Assembly: GCA_051294375.1 (NCBI GenBank)
Contig: CM119264.1
Location: forward strand, 3,666,689-3,730,688
From: Paraspadella gotoi
Taxonomy: Eukaryota > Animalia > Chaetognatha
Length of the DNA: 64,000 nucleotides
Direction of reading: 5' to 3'
A program made the position numbers and the translations under genes. The notes under the pieces were generated by a model. The model was not told the DNA's origin. It saw nothing but the letters and a program-made list of their open reading frames with translations, and searched no databases. Below, one piece after another: positions 1 through 13,104 of the stretch. How positions within the stretch are numbered: position 1 is the first letter of the stretch; every line of letters begins with the position of its first letter.

Positions 1-258
1 TTCCATGTCAAATAATCATACAATTCCTGCAAGAATAACATACTAAGTAGGCTCCATCCGCGGGATGTGTAAGAAAAACCGATGTTCATCCTCTTCGTTT
101 CATCTCTCGTTCACTCTCTCGTCAGCCGGGCGATCCCTGGCGTTCACTTAGACCTGTTACTGAGTTTCTACCTCCCCGTAACGCTTACGTCACTTCAACA
201 AAAGATGCAGTGTTATACGTCGACGCCAAATATCGCGCGCGTGACGATCTCTCTTAAC
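1..258 (-). repeat. Partial copy of the interspersed repeat also found at 6660-6890 and 17803-18040
   Basis: catgtcaaataatcata...gtcagccgggcgatcc...catcgacgccaa...gatctctcttaaca aligns by eye with 6663-6891. Similarity stops abruptly after ctctcttaaca. Confidence 0.8.
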
Positions 259-1885
259 ACTCCCCATCCATGCGTAATCGTGCAAACGGACCATACAATA
301 CCTAGAGAGATCGTGCGCACCGCTGTACTTCGCCCTGTGGCAGTAGACTTTGTTACTGCAAACTGGATTCTATCCCCCTCTCTTGAAGAGTCACCGGCCC
401 CTCTTGACGGTCCCATTGAGGTATCCGCTCCGATGTAAGATCAGCAACAACCCTCTCCCACCAGTGGCGTCCTGAAAGGCGCCGCCCCTTTGGAACAGCA
501 TGGCGTCACCCGGCGTTGCACGGCATCACCTCCGGCCGACTTCAAGGCATCGTTGTCCTGCGACGCACCGTTGACCGTCTTGTCGATGACCATGATAGCC
601 GCCGCCGGCGTCGCCTCCTCAAGTTTTTTCATTTCCCGGCTTGGCTCTCAAAAAAAATAAAAAAGAATAAAAAAAAATCTTTAGACGCCGCGTAAAGACT
701 TCAATTTAAACTCGAATTGACTTCGTTCGGCACCACGCTCCGTATGGAGTTGATCTTGCTGCGGCCGGACGGCACCTCCAGAGCGACCGCCCAAACCCAC
801 GACCGGGACGTGGTGTCGTATGGCCTGGAGGCATGTTCCTTTATTTATTTGTTAATGTATTTATTTGCCCGGTACCATGGACAACGACGATAATGAAGGG
901 AAAAAATAAAGGAATGGATAAGTCACTGGAAAAAAAAAAATTTTTTTTGGGGAAATTGAGGCACGGAAATTATTTAACGAACGAGTTAACGAACAACTTT
1001 AATTAAATTAATTAAACAACGAAAAGAAAACACGACGGGAAAAACATTAAAAAAAAATATTAAAAAAAAAAAAAAAAATTCCAAGTTATGTTAATCGAGA
1101 NNNNNNNNNNNNNNNNNNNNNNNNNNNNNNNNNNNNNNNNNNNNNNNNNNNNNNNNNNNNNNNNNNNNNNNNNNNNNNNNNNNNNNNNNNNNNNNNNNNN
1201 NNNNNNNNNNNNNNNNNNNNNNNNNNNNNNNNNNNNNNNNNNNNNNNNNNNNNNNNNNNNNNNNNNNNNNNNNNNNNNNNNNNNNNNNNNNNNNNNNNNN
1301 NNNNNNNNNNNNNNNNNNNNNNNNNNNNNNNNNNNNNNNNNNNNNNNNNNNNNNNNNNNNNNNNNNNNNNNNNNNNNNNNNNNNNNNNNNNNNNNNNNNN
1401 NNNNNNNNNNNNNNNNNNNNNNNNNNNNNNNNNNNNNNNNNNNNNNNNNNNNNNNNNNNNNNNNNNNNNNNNNNNNNNNNNNNNNNNNNNNNNNNNNNNN
1501 NNNNNNNNNNNNNNNNNNNNNNNNNNNNNNNNNNNNNNNNNNNNNNNNNNNNNNNNNNNNNNNNNNNNNNNNNNNNNNNNNNNNNNNNNNNNNNNNNNNN
1601 NNNNNNNNNNNNNNNNNNNNNNNNNNNNNNNNNNNNNNNNNNNNNNNNNNNNNNNNNNNNNNNNNNNNNNNNNNNNNNNNNNNNNNNNNNNNNNNNNNNN
1701 NNNNNNNNNNNNNNNNNNNNNNNNNNNNNNNNNNNNNNNNNNNNNNNNNNNNNNNNNNNNNNNNNNNNNNNNNNNNNNNNNNNNNNNNNNNNNNNNNNNN
1801 NNNNNNNNNNNNNNNNNNNNNNNNNNNNNNNNNNNNNNNNNNNNNNNNNNNNNNNNNNNNNNNNNNNNNNNNNNNNNNNNNNNNN

Positions 1886-2752
1886 CCAGAGACGCTCCGT
1901 TGTCGCACGACGCTGTTCCACTTCCTGGACTCGTCCCTCCAACCTGACTTCAGCCTGAATTCTGCGCTCCGTCTCTNNNNNNNNNNNNNNNNNNNNNNNN
2001 NNNNNNNNNNNNNNNNNNNNNNNNNNNNNNNNNNNNNNNCTCTTTTTTCAAGTATTGTTCCAGGCGTTCGATCTTGACCGGAAGTCGGCCTTCTCCATCT
2101 CGGCCTCAACTCTGGTGTGTCGGCGTTCCGTTCTTCAGTTGCGTCCAGCGTTTGCCGTCGACATCAGTTTGGACGCTGCTGAAAATCGTGGTCCTGTTTT
2201 CACCAGCGCTTCCGGAAGTTGTCATCGCGTAGTCTACAGCAGGTCCCGTTTTGTCGAAAATGACTACGCGGGTTGACGTCGCTGCTGTAGATGTTGATGG
2301 CGTCGGCCTTCCGTCATCCTGGATCTGCGTCGGAGTTGATCCCTTTGATGAGGTCCTCAAAATCCTCGTCTGACCATCCTCGAATTTTAGCAGCCTTTTT
2401 CCACGTCCGTCTAATACGCCGCACCATCACCTTATTCTCCTTTGTAGCCTTGAATGATAATCTTTACGGAAAAGTCTATCAAGGCTCTTCGATGGGGTGG
2501 CAACGACTCCTTTTTGTTGAGGAAACGTGAAGCGAAGTCCTCGTCTTCTTCCGGCGGCGTCTCCGTAGTCGATGGCGCCGTAACCTCTTCGATAGACGCC
2601 GACGTTGCAAGTGAAACAGTTTCTATTTCGTTAGTCGTGCCGAAGTCTCCAAAATCACGTGCGAATGGAAAGTCCCCGAATAATTCTTCTCTTTCTTGCG
2701 CTGATGGCGCCCACATTACCGTGTCTAGGTTCATGTCGAAGTGGGATTCCAT
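1886..2752 (-). CDS. Hypothetical protein, frameshifted (probably sequencing indels), running into N gaps
   Basis: ATG at 2752 in an AT-rich context (aaaacaaaATGG). GC-richer coding-like sequence MESHFDMNLD...EDFASRFL continues through frame changes (KVMVRRIRRTWKKAAKIRGWSDEDFEDLIKGIN; VVIFDKTGPAVDYAMTT; KIERLEQYLKK). No family recognised. Confidence 0.45.
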
Positions 2753-3088
2753 TTTGTTTTTTAAATGAATGTTTATGAATTATTTGTAAGACGTTTTAAA
2801 TAAGCTTTTCCTGTAACAACAANNNNNNNNNNNNNNNNNNNNNNNNNTACAAATCAAATATTTAGTGTGGGTTAACTAATTTCTTTTTCACTCATGCAAG
2901 TACAGTGAGAAATATTAATACATCAACTAGACCAAATCTTTGACTTTCCAACTCGATCTGAATTTGATCCTGGATTTCTTTTTTCTGGAACGTGTCAACG
3001 TGTATTTCTGGAACGGCTTAGTAAATATTAGATTCTGATTATTATGTATATAGTAAAATGAACAATTATAACTAGTTAACTATATCTT

Positions 3089-6000
3089 CTAGTGCGTTTT
3101 TATCTCATTATCGGGATCGACTCTGATTCGAAAATTTCTGCAGTCTTTTGTTTGCTGCTCGCCTCTACATTTCTAAGAAAAGTTTTTTCGACTTATCGCT
3201 TTTTATTTTTTCTCTTGCTTTGCATCTTCGTAACTCGTTGTTCATCTGTATGCTCGGCCGGTTGGATCCACCGAGTCGTCGTCGCGACTTCTTTGACGAG
3301 GATACCGAAGCGCCCGAACGTACGCTATCTGGCAAACGTCATTTTAACTGGAAGTTTTAAACGAAACAACTTGAAATGTTTAAATAATTGAAATTTTTTT
3401 TTTTGATCGAACATTCTCAAATTTTGTATTTCAAATGCATTTCAATTCGATTTTTTTGTCAGCATCGAGAATATCTTTTCTTCCTCTTCCAGGACGTCAG
3501 CTAATCTGCTCAGGTGCTCGATTCTCCACTGTATTCTTTTTATTTACTCGTCGAGCTGCAAACTCTGCAACATACTTGTAACTCCATGATTCGAGATCCT
3601 CTTTGTTTGCCTCCCGTTTCTCCAACGCGTCTTCAAGATTGTCAGGGACCCTTCGCAACTTTAGCTTTTTCTGGTTTCGGAACGACTCTGGACTTTTTGC
3701 TCTTGCCAAGGTGAGTTCGGACATGCTCGATTTTAATTTTTTGAGTGACAATTTTTTTCTGAATCATACTTAATAAAAAAAAAACAACGGAAAAATATGT
3801 ATACAATAATTAATTCACTCCGCCTGTTTTGATATTTTCTCTTTGGTATGGTTTCTCATCGCTTTTTGAAATTGAGAAAAAATGCGTTCTTGCGCGTATC
3901 TAACTTGATCCAGCGTTCATAGTAGATTCTTTTGTTTCGTTTATATCGGCTTCTAACTCTTTAATTTTTTCTCATCGTGATTGTATTTTTTCGATTTCTT
4001 CAAATCATCTCGAGGTGAATGTTGCGTAGAGTGTAGTAGGTCTTTCGGCTTGTACGACGTCTTCGCGTTCTCGCGTTCTTCCGTCTTCGATCACAACGTT
4101 CGTCGCGTCGATCACTCCGATCGTCCTGATAACTATCACGATCTTCGTCGCGCTGGTCTTTGCGGCGATCCTTGAGCGCTCATCTCGGCGGTCACTCATG
4201 CTGATGTCGCGTCGAGCGCCCTCGCCTTCCCCTCTCATTCGCTCCTTTCTTTCCTCTCGAGTATTTCCCTTCTTCTGCTTCTTTTCTCTTCTTTTTTTCC
4301 TCTCCATCATTTCTGGACGTCGACCATAATATCTTCAAAAGATTCCATTGTCATCGTTCTCCGTTGTTTGGACTTCTTCCATCGAAACGCCGCTTTTGAA
4401 GGAGGATGGTATTTTGTCGGAGATGCTCAGTGCTTGCTGTTGTGTCTGCAGCATAGTGCCTTCATAGTTTGAGTTAAGAGCTTCCTCACGTGTGTGATTT
4501 AAGTTAATGTTTCTCTTTTTTTTTCTTTCCTCCCTCCCCGTCTAGGTTCTCAACAGAAAGTTCGGCGGCGGACGACGTCGACGGGCGCGGCGAACTTCGA
4601 CACGAACAGCCAGGGCATTCAATAGGCTTCGACCACCTTTCGGCAACGGGAATTGAACTACTGACGGCTCAATCGGCGGCGGCGTCGACTTCTCCACGGC
4701 GCCATCGACGAAAACGGCGACGAACAACCGAGGGTTACTATCGGCGGCGGTAAAACCGGCGAAGCGAACGTCGGCGGCGGTAACGATGGCAACGGAACCG
4801 GCGGTAAAATGTTAACGGGCGGCGGCGGCGGTACTACCCGCGCGCGGCGCGATCGGAACGGGCGGCGGTCAGACGGCGGGGCGGTATAATCGCGTACGTG
4901 CGGTGATTTGCGGCGCAATGTTACGTGGCCGGCCGGCGGCGGCAGCTGCAGTTCAGCAACAAGGCTCTTCCTCTGTTCCTCAGGTAAGTTCCTCACAATG
5001 TCTAATAATAATTCGTACTCATTCGATCTTGCCTCCCTTTCCTTTCCTCCCTCACCGTAGTGATGATAGATTTTGCACCGTAGATCCGGCGGAGATTCCT
5101 CCACTTGGGCGATTGACGACGTGTGTTCTTCATGGCGCTCGGCGGGCGGGCGTGCTTCGACGTGCGTGTTGGCGGGCGGGCGTGCGTCGACGCGGCAGTT
5201 CGCTCCGATGCATCCGGCGGCTCGTGAGACTCCGTTTTGACATTAACGTACGACCTCCTCGGATCTGCAGGAATACAGGTCTTCCTCTGAGCTACCTCCG
5301 CTCATGCGATTACGATACGTTTCTCTCGCCTTTTTTTCACTTCTTTCGTTCTCTTTTAGTCTAAATTCGTACTCAACCGCTTTTCTGTCTTTCTTCTCTC
5401 TCTCTCATCTTAGCATTCAACTTCGCTTCAACGCTCCTCCTCCTCTCCCTGATTCTCTTTATCCAATCTATCCTTTTCTTTCGCTTCTTCTATCGCCAAA
5501 CGTTCCTTCTCTACTCTCTCCAGGTCGAGACTAACCTCTGCCGATAGTCTCTCGAGACGATCGGGACGACTTGTACCCGTCGTCCCTCTTTCCTCGATGT
5601 CGAATGCTGACGCTGGATGGTTTCTAAGTACGCGGGAGATGCCGTGGCTGACTTCGCGACGTGCAGACGGACGGCGACGTCGGCTACCCAATGTTTCGAC
5701 GCGGCGTTCGGCGGGATCACGGCGAGGTGTTCTAGATTATCAGGTGGGGGATTTTGGATTCTCCGGAACGGACCGGCACATGATCAATTGTAACAGAGCT
5801 GTTCAATAATCTCATTTTCCTCAACAGATTCCTCAACTCCTTCGTCTACAGACGCCTCATATTCTCGTCAGTAATAATAGCGGACAAGCCCTCAATACGC
5901 CCGGTACCGAATTTACAAGACCCTCATCTAATAATAACTTTACGCGATCGGTTTCAAGTGCAGGATGTGCGACAACAAATTGTGCAAGATCAGTGAAACA

Positions 6001-6465
6001 GTCTCCGACAGTCACCCGGACCCCTTCGGCCTGTCGGGTCGCCTGGACCTCCGAAGAAACTTGGCATTATTGTACAATTTTTCAAATTTGTTTAGTTCGT
6101 ATTGTAATTCTTTAACCAACCGTCTAACTCCTCTCTCATTTTGATTATTAATGTTATTAAAGAAATCCTGGTTTATGGCCAAGTTCCATCGTCGCCATCT
6201 TGAGACGATGGCATTTTTTTTCACAACTCACTTTGCGACAGCTTCGGCTCCAGCCCGTTCTTACGGCCCGATCACAAAAGATCCGGCCGAATCGTTTTTC
6301 AGAAAAAAGATCCGGCTCCCGGTGGTCCCTTATCGATGGCTGCCCACTTTCTTTCCGAATTCCTCAAACTGTTCACAAGAGACGTGTCAAGGTTATGATT
6401 TTTATTTAGACCCAAAAACTCGGAAGCAAAGTCCTCCAAGTCCCAGGCTGCTTCGGCTATTTTTT
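3089..6465 (-). CDS. Large low-complexity hypothetical protein (charged coiled-coil-like and Pro-rich segments), frameshifted copy 1, with at least one ~55-nt intron near 3770-3820
   Basis: Fragments in the ORF track chain into one protein when compared with copy 2, where the indels fall at different places. Copy 2 shows CCGGAG|gtgaat...ttttttattaag intron ends. Confidence 0.5.
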
Positions 6466-6469
6466 TAAT

Positions 6470-7095
6470 TTTAATTTAGTTTAGTTTAGATTGAATCCCG
6501 TAGGACACAGTTTAAGATCTTAATATTAAGTACAGTAAGTGCTATAGCCTCAGCTAAAACTTTCTATCTCCATGAAAAGCCCCCGTGATCATAACGAATT
6601 GATGTATTTTGTAGTAAGATGGTGTGTGTGATTTTAAGATCCTTCAAAGGCAAATAGTAAGTTCATGTCAAATAATCATAATTCATGCAAGTAATAACAT
6701 ACTAATAGGCTCCATCGGGTGAGTGTAGGAAAAAACCGATGTTCATTTGTCGTTCATCTCTCGTCAGCCGGGCGATCCTGGCGTTCACTTATACTGTACT
6801 AAACTTTTCTACTCCGTAGTTACGTATTCAACAAATGATCAGTGGTTTATACATCGACGCCAAGTATCACACGCGTACGATCTCTCTTAACAAGAAGGTT
6901 GAATACACTCGACAGAATAAGGCACTAAGTAGCTGAAGATGAACTATCCGCAACTTCTTTAACCCTCTAGAAGCCTTGGAACTGGTCTGGGATTGGAACC
7001 AGGCTTGAAAGTTTTCCATACTTACGGCCATCCTCACGCTTCCCAACCGGTGGTCATGAGCTGATAGCTTTACTCAATGCTATGCCCGTGTATGA
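6470..7095 (-). mobile_element. Interspersed repeat, possibly the 3' end of a non-LTR retroelement, ending in a (CTAAA)n/A-rich tail
   Basis: Present again at ~17590-18265 and partly at 1-258. The minus strand ends ...gggattcaatctaaactaaactaaattaaaattaaaaaaa. Element class is inferred only. Confidence 0.4.
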
Positions 7096-10000
7096 GTGAG
7101 AGAGAGAGAGAGAGAAGAGAGGGAGAGAAGGAGAGGAAAGAGAAAAAAGAGAGAGAGAAAGAAAAAAAGAAGAGAGAGAGATAGAGAAGTCCAGCCGCTG
7201 CAGAGCTGAGAGAGAGAGCTATTGTACAAAAGCGTGACGACAACGACGACGACGCACACAGAAGCAATGCTAAACGATTAACTACGTCTGGCGAGATAAA
7301 AACGACAAGTTTTCAACTCTGATTTGAGACTTGTACGTGAAAATTAGACTCAAAACATGTCGCGTATTTTTAAATATAAAAACGCATTGTTTGTAAACAA
7401 TAAACTTATTTTCTTTAACTTTTTTATGTAATACTTTATACATATTATACCTATTCCTTCCCTGTAATTCATTAAACTAAAAAAATTAAATAAACTCCTT
7501 TACCCATTATAATAATGTCATTATTATCATCATTTCTACGAAGCCGTACAATTGTCCATGGCGCCGTCTCCTTTCACCAACCCCCAAGTCCTTCAGATCT
7601 TCTGACTTCCGCAGTCCGACTGGACGAGCCCCTTGACGGAAGAGTCGGTGAAATGCTGTCGGGGAAGTTCCCATATTTGTAGGCCTTCACTTCGAAATGT
7701 CTTCCGAGAGTCTGCCGGTGAAAGAGAGAGTTGTTCGCTCACTTACTTTTTCAAGAAATAAACGTCCTATAATCAAAATAGGAGTCCTTTAATGCATAGG
7801 TATTTCACATTAAATATGTTAGTGAAAACAATCTAACGTATGTCCAGAATATTCTGCTTAGCATTCCATTTCAAGAATTAGTCATACAAAATTTTTGTCT
7901 TGTTACATTCAAGTATTTCAAGCGTTATATATATATCAATATCAATATATAAGAATACTGTAAAGTCTATCGCCTCCAATAAGTTTTTTAATTTATGTTT
8001 TTATAATTCCAAGTATGCAAATAATGAATGACTATAGGTAAAATTGGGTATTTGCATTCTTAAAGTTAATATTTAGTCTTTTAATATTAAAACATTGTGA
8101 TTACTAATAATAAAAAATATAATAATAATAATAATTAATAATAATATAATAATAAGTTTATATTTTCTCGCAAGCTGCATCAATACATAGTTAATTAGTT
8201 ATACAGCTTTGGTTTCAGGCATCTACATAGTACGTAAGTCGTATAATTAAATATTAGGCATACAAAAGTTGACCAAAGCCAGAAAAATGAAGAATATTAA
8301 AGAGCATCATTACCAATATTGGTGACCCTCTATCGGCCCATTCTGTAAATTGTAAAGAATCTCGTTATAATTTATATAATATATTATATAATTTATATAT
8401 ATATTTTATAATATAAAACAACTTCAGGTGCTTGACGAAAATTTTGACACAATTTAAGAAGACAGAGAGGTCCCTCTATAAGGTGAAAACAATACGCACA
8501 AAAAAAAAGAATTTTTTAATTTTTTTCAGTTGAGATTTGAAACGTTTGAACCTTCCAAGATTTGCCAACCTGTCGACTCACTGTCTCGGATTTAATTTTG
8601 CGATCATATTCATCGAGGATAAAGTAAAGAGTAGCGCGTAAAATAAAGAAAAAATTGACATTATTATAACTTTCTTGAATTCATTTTTCATTTTTGATCG
8701 CGAAAAATGAATTAAAAAAAAGAAAAAAACGTGATACAAACTAAGAAAAAAATTTGCCGAAAGTGTGATAAAAATACATTTGTGTTTCAGGTGCTACAGT
8801 AGAAAGCCACGGACATTCACGGGTAGAAAATTAATACAATCGTTAATCGATGTTAATCGATGTACCAACACCAAATTTGGCCTACAGCTTCTTAACACCA
8901 TAATTGGAACTTTTCTATGAGGTACCAAAAATTTTTTAAATGTTATCAGACTTATTCTTTTGTTTACAAATTCTTATTAAGCCTGATTAAATGAACCTTC
9001 TTACCATATTTAATAATTTTTATAAAAACAATCAAGAGAAATCTGATTTTTCATATTTTTTTAAGAACTTGAACATCTTTAAAAAGGTTAAAAGATGTTC
9101 CAATAAAAAAAAATTTTAAATTCTTTAAAAATTATATAATATGAATATAAATTTTTATTCAAATCTGATGATAAATAAAAAATAGCTGCACCTCATATAT
9201 TGATAAGCCACTCCAACATCCTCTAATTATGAGGATATCAGGGGCCTGGAATTTTTGGTCTCCTCAACTGAAAAGTGCATTTTTGGTATTAAAGAAACTG
9301 TGTGCCAAATTTGGTGCTAGTATTCAAAATTAAATGTCAAAACTTAAGCTACTTCAATTGTCAATTGGTCGACTCTTGAACCAACAAAGATTAAAATGTT
9401 GTGATAAATTGTTTTTAAATTTTGTAGGATGATTGTTTATATATTATATAACAATAACTTAAATATTTTTATTTCATTTCCTATTTAAAATTTTCTATGT
9501 TAAACTTTACAAACAAACGATAGATGTTCCAATTAGCAAAAAGCCATTGTTGTGGGCTCGAGCGATCGCTTCATGAAAATAATGAATGACTATTGATAAA
9601 TTAGGTATTTATTATTCTTAAAGTTTTTATTTAGTATTTACATATTTAATTTTTGTGTCAGTAATAATAATAATATTTATTAATTTTCTAGCATCCGCAT
9701 CAAATACATAGTTATTAAGGCGTAGTAAAATTCTAAATTTAACTTTAATTAAAAATTCTAAAAGTGAGGAACGAAACAACATTATACTAATGAACATTTA
9801 TGTAATAAAAAAAATGTATAATTAATTTTACAATTTATGCAGATAGGCCATATTTATACTAGTAGTACTAATCCAATAAATGTTAAAATTTCAAAACAGT
9901 TTTTCTATGATTTTTTGCAGATTTGAAGTCGTCATAAAAATTGATAAAAAGAAATATAACTCTTTTTGAAAAATTCTTTCATTAAGGGGGTAAAAATTAG

Positions 10001-13000
10001 AAATAAGCTATATTTTAAGCTGAAAAATTAACTTTTTATATATTAAATATTGTTTTTATAAGGATCGATTTTATAAGGATAATACTATATATAAATATAG
10101 CTACTGCAAAAATTAAAAAACATAAAATTATTTTTACCAAAATTAATATTTACTGTGGTATTTGTTCATAATTGTCTTTTAGAATTTCCGTAATGTACTT
10201 TCACACGCTCTAGCCATTATATATATATTATTATTTATTTAAATGAATGATAATTTTATATTGTTGTACCAATTTCATTAGTATATTCTTCTTTCTTTTT
10301 CTTTGGTTAGAATTTGATATAAGAAAATTATTTTGTAAATATATTGTTCTCTCTCTCTCATCTCTTTTTACTTTAGAGCAAACTTATTTAATTCACACTG
10401 ATGAAGGTCTGAAACTAAGACCTCAAACCATGTCTGATCTTTTTCAATAAAAATTTGTTGAGAAAACAAAGGAAACGGATCCTCGGAGAGGGAGGGGAAG
10501 AGGAGGATGAGGATCGAGCTTATAACAAATTATATGATATATAATTATATATTACGCATACAAAAGTATGACCAAAGCCGGAAAATGAAGTATATCAAGC
10601 GGATTCATTAGCAAAATCGGTGACCTCTCTATCGGCCCATTCTGTAAAATTGTAAAGAATCTCGTTATAAAAACGACCTTCAGGTGCTGACGAAAATTTG
10701 GACATGATCTAGAAGAAAGTAGAGATCGCCCAACGAGGTGGAAACAATTCGCAACAAATTAAGGCATTTTTAATTTTTTCAGGCTGAGAAGGTGAAAACT
10801 CCTCGCTTGTTGATCTCCCGGTTTGCCAAATCTGGCGACTCCACCTGTCTCTGCGAATTTAATTTCGCGTTTCGTAGCCCATCGAGGATAAAGTAAAGAA
10901 GTCCGCGTAAATAAAGAAAAAATCGACATTAGATGAAATTTTTTAAACAAATTCACGTTTGTTCATTTTTCATATTTGATCGCAAAAAGAGAATTGAAAA
11001 AAGGAAAAACGTGATACAAACTAAAAAAAGAAATTTTCGCTAAGTATGATACAAATACATTTGTGTTTCTAGTGCTTCGGTAGAAAGCACGGACTTTCCA
11101 TGGGTAGAAAAATTAATACAATCGTTAATCGATGTAAAAATGCGTCCAAAAATTTATTGAAGTTGAAACGTCGAATATTTGTAAAAAAAATGCAAATATG
11201 TGAGCGAAAAACAGAAAAGAACAAGAGAAAAAATGTTCGCGCAATGTAGTAATTATTGCTTTGAGCTCCTCGAAAAGATCTTTTTTACAAATGAGTAAAA
11301 AATAATGAAAGAAATGACTAATGGACAAAAAGCAGCGATGAGGACATCAATTGAAGATATATTATCCATAATTTTATTGATTTTTGATCGATCGACATTT
11401 AATTTAATTCATAAAGGACCAAAACTTCAGCCAGAACTCAAAAAAAACCACAATTTCAAAAACTATAAATTAAACTCAAGTTTTTTGTGGAGCCTTAACA
11501 GAAACATTGAATCCAGTATAAAATTATCGCTTCAACAAATAAACATGTATATAATAGTTTCTTCAGAAGAAAACACACGCTGTTTCCCGAGAAATATTTT
11601 CATATACTGACATCGGTTAGGTTTTAGGTCAAAAGATATTTAATTTTGTGATAAGCGCAACACCAAATTTGGCATACAGCTTTCTGAACACCATAATTAG
11701 CCACCCGATGAATTTAAATGCAATGTAACAGTGTTTTAAAATAATCTATCTTGAGGCTGTCCAAAGTCAGGGGCAAGATAGCTTATTTTATTAAATAAAT
11801 GGATAAATTTTTAATATGGTTGTATCAATTTCATAGATTATCAGTATTATAATATTTTTTTGCTTTCTTCTAAGGTACTCGCCTGAATTAAATTTTTTTA
11901 ATATTATTGTATAAAAAATTTTTTTTTGTTTAATCCTAAAATTTTTGATAGATATCTGATAGAGCATTAAAAGTTAAACAAAAAATATAATTACAGCTTT
12001 TTAAAATTCTTATGTCTCATTAAAAAATTGTAAAAACCTGATAAAATCGTTTGAATAATGAATGATGTATGACGATTTTTTATGGTTAAAAATAATTAAA
12101 AAGAATTATACTTCATGTAGACAACTTTTTATAGCTATCTGAAATCTGGTCTTAAAATTTAAAATTTCTTAAAAATATTTTTTGGCCTTTCTATCTATAA
12201 AATAATATTTAAAAATAAATTACTAGAGTAATAGACTATAGAGCGCTGTTATTAATTTTTGTATGAGCTGTACTCACTCTAAATTTTTGACTCACGCCAT
12301 GAGTGCGGCTAACCCCTACCCATAATGCATATTTGAGATGGTCTTCTCCTGCTAATAAATTATCGGATTTTTTTTTGTTTAAAAAATTCTTATTAAAGGC
12401 TGATTAAAATGACCTTCTTTACCATGTTTCAAATTTTTTTTAAAAACAGTATTTACAACACAATAAAAACAATCAAAAAGAATCTTGATTTTCATATTTT
12501 TAGGGGACAAACCACTTGAACATCCTTTTATTATATTATTATTGAAGACATGCTCCAATTTCAAAAATGTTTTTTTTTTAATTCTGTAAAATTATAAATA
12601 ATATAAAATAAATTTAATATTTAAATCTATTGATAAATGAAAAAATAGCTATACTTTATATATTGATGAGCCCCTTCAACAGCCGCAAATTATGAATAGA
12701 CACCTCAAATTTTTTTGGTCTCCTCCACTGAAAAGGTTGCACATTATGGTATTATTAAACTGTTGTGCGTCAAATTTGGTGCTGGGATTCCAAAAATTAA
12801 ATGTCAATACTTAAGTCTACTTCGGTAATAAAACACTCTGTCAATTGTCGGACTCTTGAACCAAACAAAGATGTAAAATGTTTGATACAAATTTTCGAAT
12901 TTTGTTGGATTGACGTTTTTTTGACGACACCTTAAATATTTGTATTTCATTTCCCTAATTAAAATTTTCAATGTCCAACTTTAACGACTCCACGAAACGA

Positions 13001-13104
13001 TAGACGTTGTTCCAAATTAGCAAAAGAGCCATTGTTGCGGCATCCAAGCGTTCGGCTCATGATTATGCCGCTCAGGTGCCAGTTTAAAATTTTAACCCGA
13101 GAGG

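Larger units (their letters stand above)
2870..13100. repeat. Copy 1 of a ~10.2-kb direct duplication; includes frameshifted copies of the 342-aa ORF (10550-11605) and of the XK ORF 3' end (12810-13100)
   Basis: gggttaactaatttctttttcactcatgcaagtacagtgag occurs at ~2869 and ~13105. The copies are colinear through ...tttaacccgagag at ~13100 and ~26712, with many 1-nt indels. Confidence 0.85.

Noticed and set aside
1060-2109. Long ORFs spanning N runs (also 13327-13713)
   Set aside because: They are open only because the bases are unknown.
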